A stretch of DNA of 64,000 bases from Mizuhopecten yessoensis (taxonomy: Eukaryota). The first letter of the stretch is position 1; the number at the start of each line of letters is the position of its first letter. The notes under the pieces were generated by a model that was not told the origin of the DNA, ran no database searches, and saw nothing but the letters and a program-made list of their open reading frames with translations. A program made the position numbers and the translations under genes. This document shows positions 60,678 to 64,000 of the stretch, one piece after another. The stretch spans positions 1 through 64,000 of the forward strand of contig NW_018479891.1 in NCBI RefSeq assembly GCF_002113885.1, read 5' to 3'.

Positions 60678-60731
60678 GTCTTTAAATGACCTAAGCTGTT
60701 AGTAGGACGTTAAACAAAATAAAACCAAACC
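60678..60731 (+). mobile_element. SINE 3' tail fragment downstream of the ChAT stop codon
   Basis: taaatgacctaagctgttagtaggacgttaaacaaaa is nearly the reverse complement of 44751-44788. Confidence 0.65.
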
Positions 60732-62264
60732 ACATCATATTTTAGCATGATGTTTAAATTGGGCGAGTATCGCGATAGTGTGATTTATTTAATATTTAGT
60801 AGAATTTGTTCCAGCATTGTCGGATGAACAAAGAAAATGCTTTGCATGCATGTTTTTAAAATAAGTATGGGTAATGAACAGAAGAAACAATCCAAATTTT
60901 ATGAAATTCCCATTACTGTTTTAATTATATAAAATTGCCAACCAATAGTTAATTTCCCCTCATCTTTGTTTCATCGTCTGTCCTTCTTTCGCCTTTGTGT
61001 ATTAAAACGAGTCGTCATACTCGTTATCATCCCTTTACGACAACGTCACAGTTTCGCGAAGAAACGCAGAGATAAAATTAAAAGAATCAGTCACCATTTG
61101 ATTCTTTTCTCGTAGGTTTTCTTCGTTATCTTCAGTTTTCATTTTTTCATTGGTCGTAATGATATTTACTCAGTGCTTTTAGCATTATATCTATTTATAA
61201 TTTTACTTTACGAACAAACACCCTAAAATCCTGTGTAAATAATACACTGAATAACCACGAGTAAATCCTTCCAAATTATATTTCACTTGAAGAGTTCAAA
61301 AATATAGCTACCAGTTAGTGACGTTAGTACCAAAGAAAATGTGACGTAGACCAATATGACCCTTGCAGTGGTAAAAGAGTTCTTTATTCGGTGGTAGATA
61401 GTCAGTATATATCTGTATCCCTCAGTTATGATGTGATCATCCCTTTTCACTATATAGTTGTATGATATCCGCAACAAATTAGTCACGATAAATAAACAGT
61501 ATAGTGATGCAGTTATGAGAGCGCTAACTTCAGTGTATAGAAGATATCGGAACATGCTCCTCATTGCGGACTTGTATGATGTCTAGTCCAAAACGTTTAG
61601 GGGAACTTGATCTGGTTGTAATTGTCATTAGCTTGTCCGAGTGTTTGACTAAGATATGCTGCGTAGAATGCATATAAATTTACACATTAAGTTGTGTGGG
61701 TACACTTTTATCTACCAACCTGTAAATGGCTTTAAAGTTTGAAGCAATAGTGTATGGCTAATAATACAGATTTCTAAACATTCTTCATTTTGGAAGATTG
61801 ACCAGAAAAGAAGCACTGATCCTTAACATTTTGAAACATTGAGTTCTACGAGAATTAATTTACAAACCTGTATCTATGACATATACAGTATTATAAGGAT
61901 GATAGTAAACTGAAAGTCGGGTTACATTTAATCACATTTTGCATTTGTTTCGTCAAAAAATATCTTATATCTACCATTACGATGTGAAAGAAATAGCCAT
62001 CAATAAAAAAAAAATTGAGTTGTTTCTCTTTCCACAAATAAAACAACTCCTGAAAATACTTCTGGTACTATTTAGTTATCGAAGATAGCATATTGTTCGA
62101 ATTGAACACGCTGGAATATAAACTTGGCAGTACATGTATATGTTTCACTACATTATTGCAGATGACATTTCTTATCAAAGATAACAATACCGGTCGACAG
62201 TAAAATTGAAGTGAGAGTGTGTATTTAAGCCCTCCACAAAAGAGCCATTCAGTTACAAAAATGT

Positions 62265-63107
62265 TTGTGTATATGGAACAGGACAATAGAAAACAACCAG
62301 AGTCAGAAAGTCAAATATGCTTTTTACACATTTCAAGAATTCAAACAGATTTATGATATTAATACAAACTTTTTGCGATACCAGGGTCTAATTACTGCCA
62401 TTAGAGAGTATATTATACAACAAGATATGTCAAATGTAGAGGTTAACTATCCATTTTTACCAATTAATATAGAAATGTTTTTGAAAAACAAAAAGGGGAT
62501 AAGAGATTTTTATAGCTTATTTTGTAAAAATGATACTATTTCAACAGGTAAAAAAAAATGGGATGATATATTTCAATTTGATGATGAAGTTTGGAAAAAA
62601 ATATATATAATGCCATTTAGAATTACGAAAAATACCAAATTACAGTGGTTCCAGTACAGAATTAATCAGCACATTTTGACAACTAATGCATATTTGTTTA
62701 AGGCAGGAATAGTAGATAGCCCTTACTGTGAACTGTGTAAACTAGAAATAGAGACAATAGAGCATGTATTATGGGAATGTGACAAAGTACAAAATCTTTT
62801 ACAAAATTTTGAGTTCTTATTAGATGCATTGATTATTCCATTTGATTATAATAAACAAACATTTCTTTTTGGTTTTTATAACTATAACGGACTTAATAAA
62901 AGTGACAATAGTATTATTTTAATAATAAAACAGTATATATACAAGGCAAGATGTCTTAAAGTGCCTTTATCTATACAAGGAATTAAAAGTTCAATTAAAG
63001 AACATTACAGTATTCAAAAATATATTGCAAATAGTAAAGACGAAATATATCTCATTAACTTCCAGAATGAGTGGAAAAAATGGAAAAGGCTTATTGATAT
63101 TTCCTAG
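62265..63107 (+). mobile_element. 5'-truncated L1/Tx1-group LINE, ORF2 C-terminal region with a zf-RVT-type Cys/His motif
   Basis: KLQWFQYRINQHILTTN...SPYCELCKLEIETIEHVLWEC...KQYIYKAR...W.KW; 280 aa open without stops; no RT core present. Confidence 0.85.
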
Positions 63108-63276
63108 ACCTACTTTTTGCCGATTGTTTATATGTTTGATCTAATTTTAATTTATTTGAAAAAAAAGAGACAAAATTTAAACATTCAATGTATTATCTTA
63201 ATTACTTAGCTACTGACACCTATATATTACCAGACTTCTATCCTTTTAATTGGTCTGTTTAATACTGGTACTTCTC

Positions 63277-63451
63277 NNNNNNNNNNNNNNNNNNNNNNNN
63301 NNNNNNNNNNNNNNNNNNNNNNNNNNNNNNNNNNNNNNNNNNNNNNNNNNNNNNNNNNNNNNNNNNNNNNNNNNNNNNNNNNNNNNNNNNNNNNNNNNNN
63401 NNNNNNNNNNNNNNNNNNNNNNNNNNNNNNNNNNNNNNNNNNNNNNNNNNN
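63277..63451. other. Assembly gap (N run)
   Basis: Run of N; both flanks carry taattggtct.tttaatactggtacttctc. Confidence 0.98.
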
Positions 63452-64000
63452 TAATTGGTCTTTTTAATACTGGTACTTCTCCTCTTGTCTGTCTATCTTT
63501 CTGTCGGTCTGTCTGTCTGTCTTTCTTTCTGTCCATTTACCTATCTTTATTTCCTCTATTTCTTTGTTTTCTTGTTTCTCTTTTCTGACTCTCCTCCCTT
63601 TCTAATATAACATTACAATAAAATAAAATACCACTTACAAAAAGAGCAATATTAATTAGTATGAAAGTATGTGTGAAAGTGGAATTCATTATGTATATTA
63701 CTGTAATGTGAAAAATACTTTGAAAATAAAGAAAAAAAAAAGAAAAAAAAGGCAAATATGAGAGGGTACGGTACCTTTTTAACACCCACACTTAAATTTT
63801 TAAAATGTGTGTCAATAATGAAAATATATATGAAGTCGTTTGGACTGAGTACAAATTATATGTATTAGTTGGCCAATCGAGCCAGCCATTATGATGTGAG
63901 ACGTTGACTGGGTGATTCTACGGACACGTGTTGTTAACAGGTATCTGCCTTGGAACAGGATTCTGGTGAATGATAATGATGGACGTGAAAACAAGTGTAT

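Overview
This is AT-rich animal genomic DNA. The repeat families point to a mollusc, probably a bivalve (inference). The window holds one complete protein-coding gene on the + strand: choline acetyltransferase (ChAT). I assembled 13 coding exons from 20077 to 60117 by hand; all junctions are GT-AG and phase-consistent, giving 2085 nt and 694 aa. The protein has the catalytic His in CYEHSPSEG, the choline-specificity VDN motif and LSTSQ. A candidate promoter and non-coding first exon lies at about 2700-2930. No vesicular acetylcholine transporter (VAChT/SLC18A3) coding sequence is recognisable in the 20 kb upstream of the ChAT start, although VAChT is usually nested there. About a fifth of the window is tandem repeat, in eight unrelated arrays with 24-101 bp units. 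The largest is a near-perfect 83-bp array of about 53 copies that ends just before an exon acceptor. The rest includes a Tc1 DD34E transposon with one in-frame stop, CR1-like, L1/Tx1-like and Penelope-like retroelement fragments, SINEs, Helentron-type elements, MITEs, long hairpins and a decayed YqaJ-exonuclease relic. I cannot demonstrate a wholly new biological system. The best leads are the apparent absence of nested VAChT, two perfect COE/EBF sites, and a satellite carrying repeated splice-site-like motifs.
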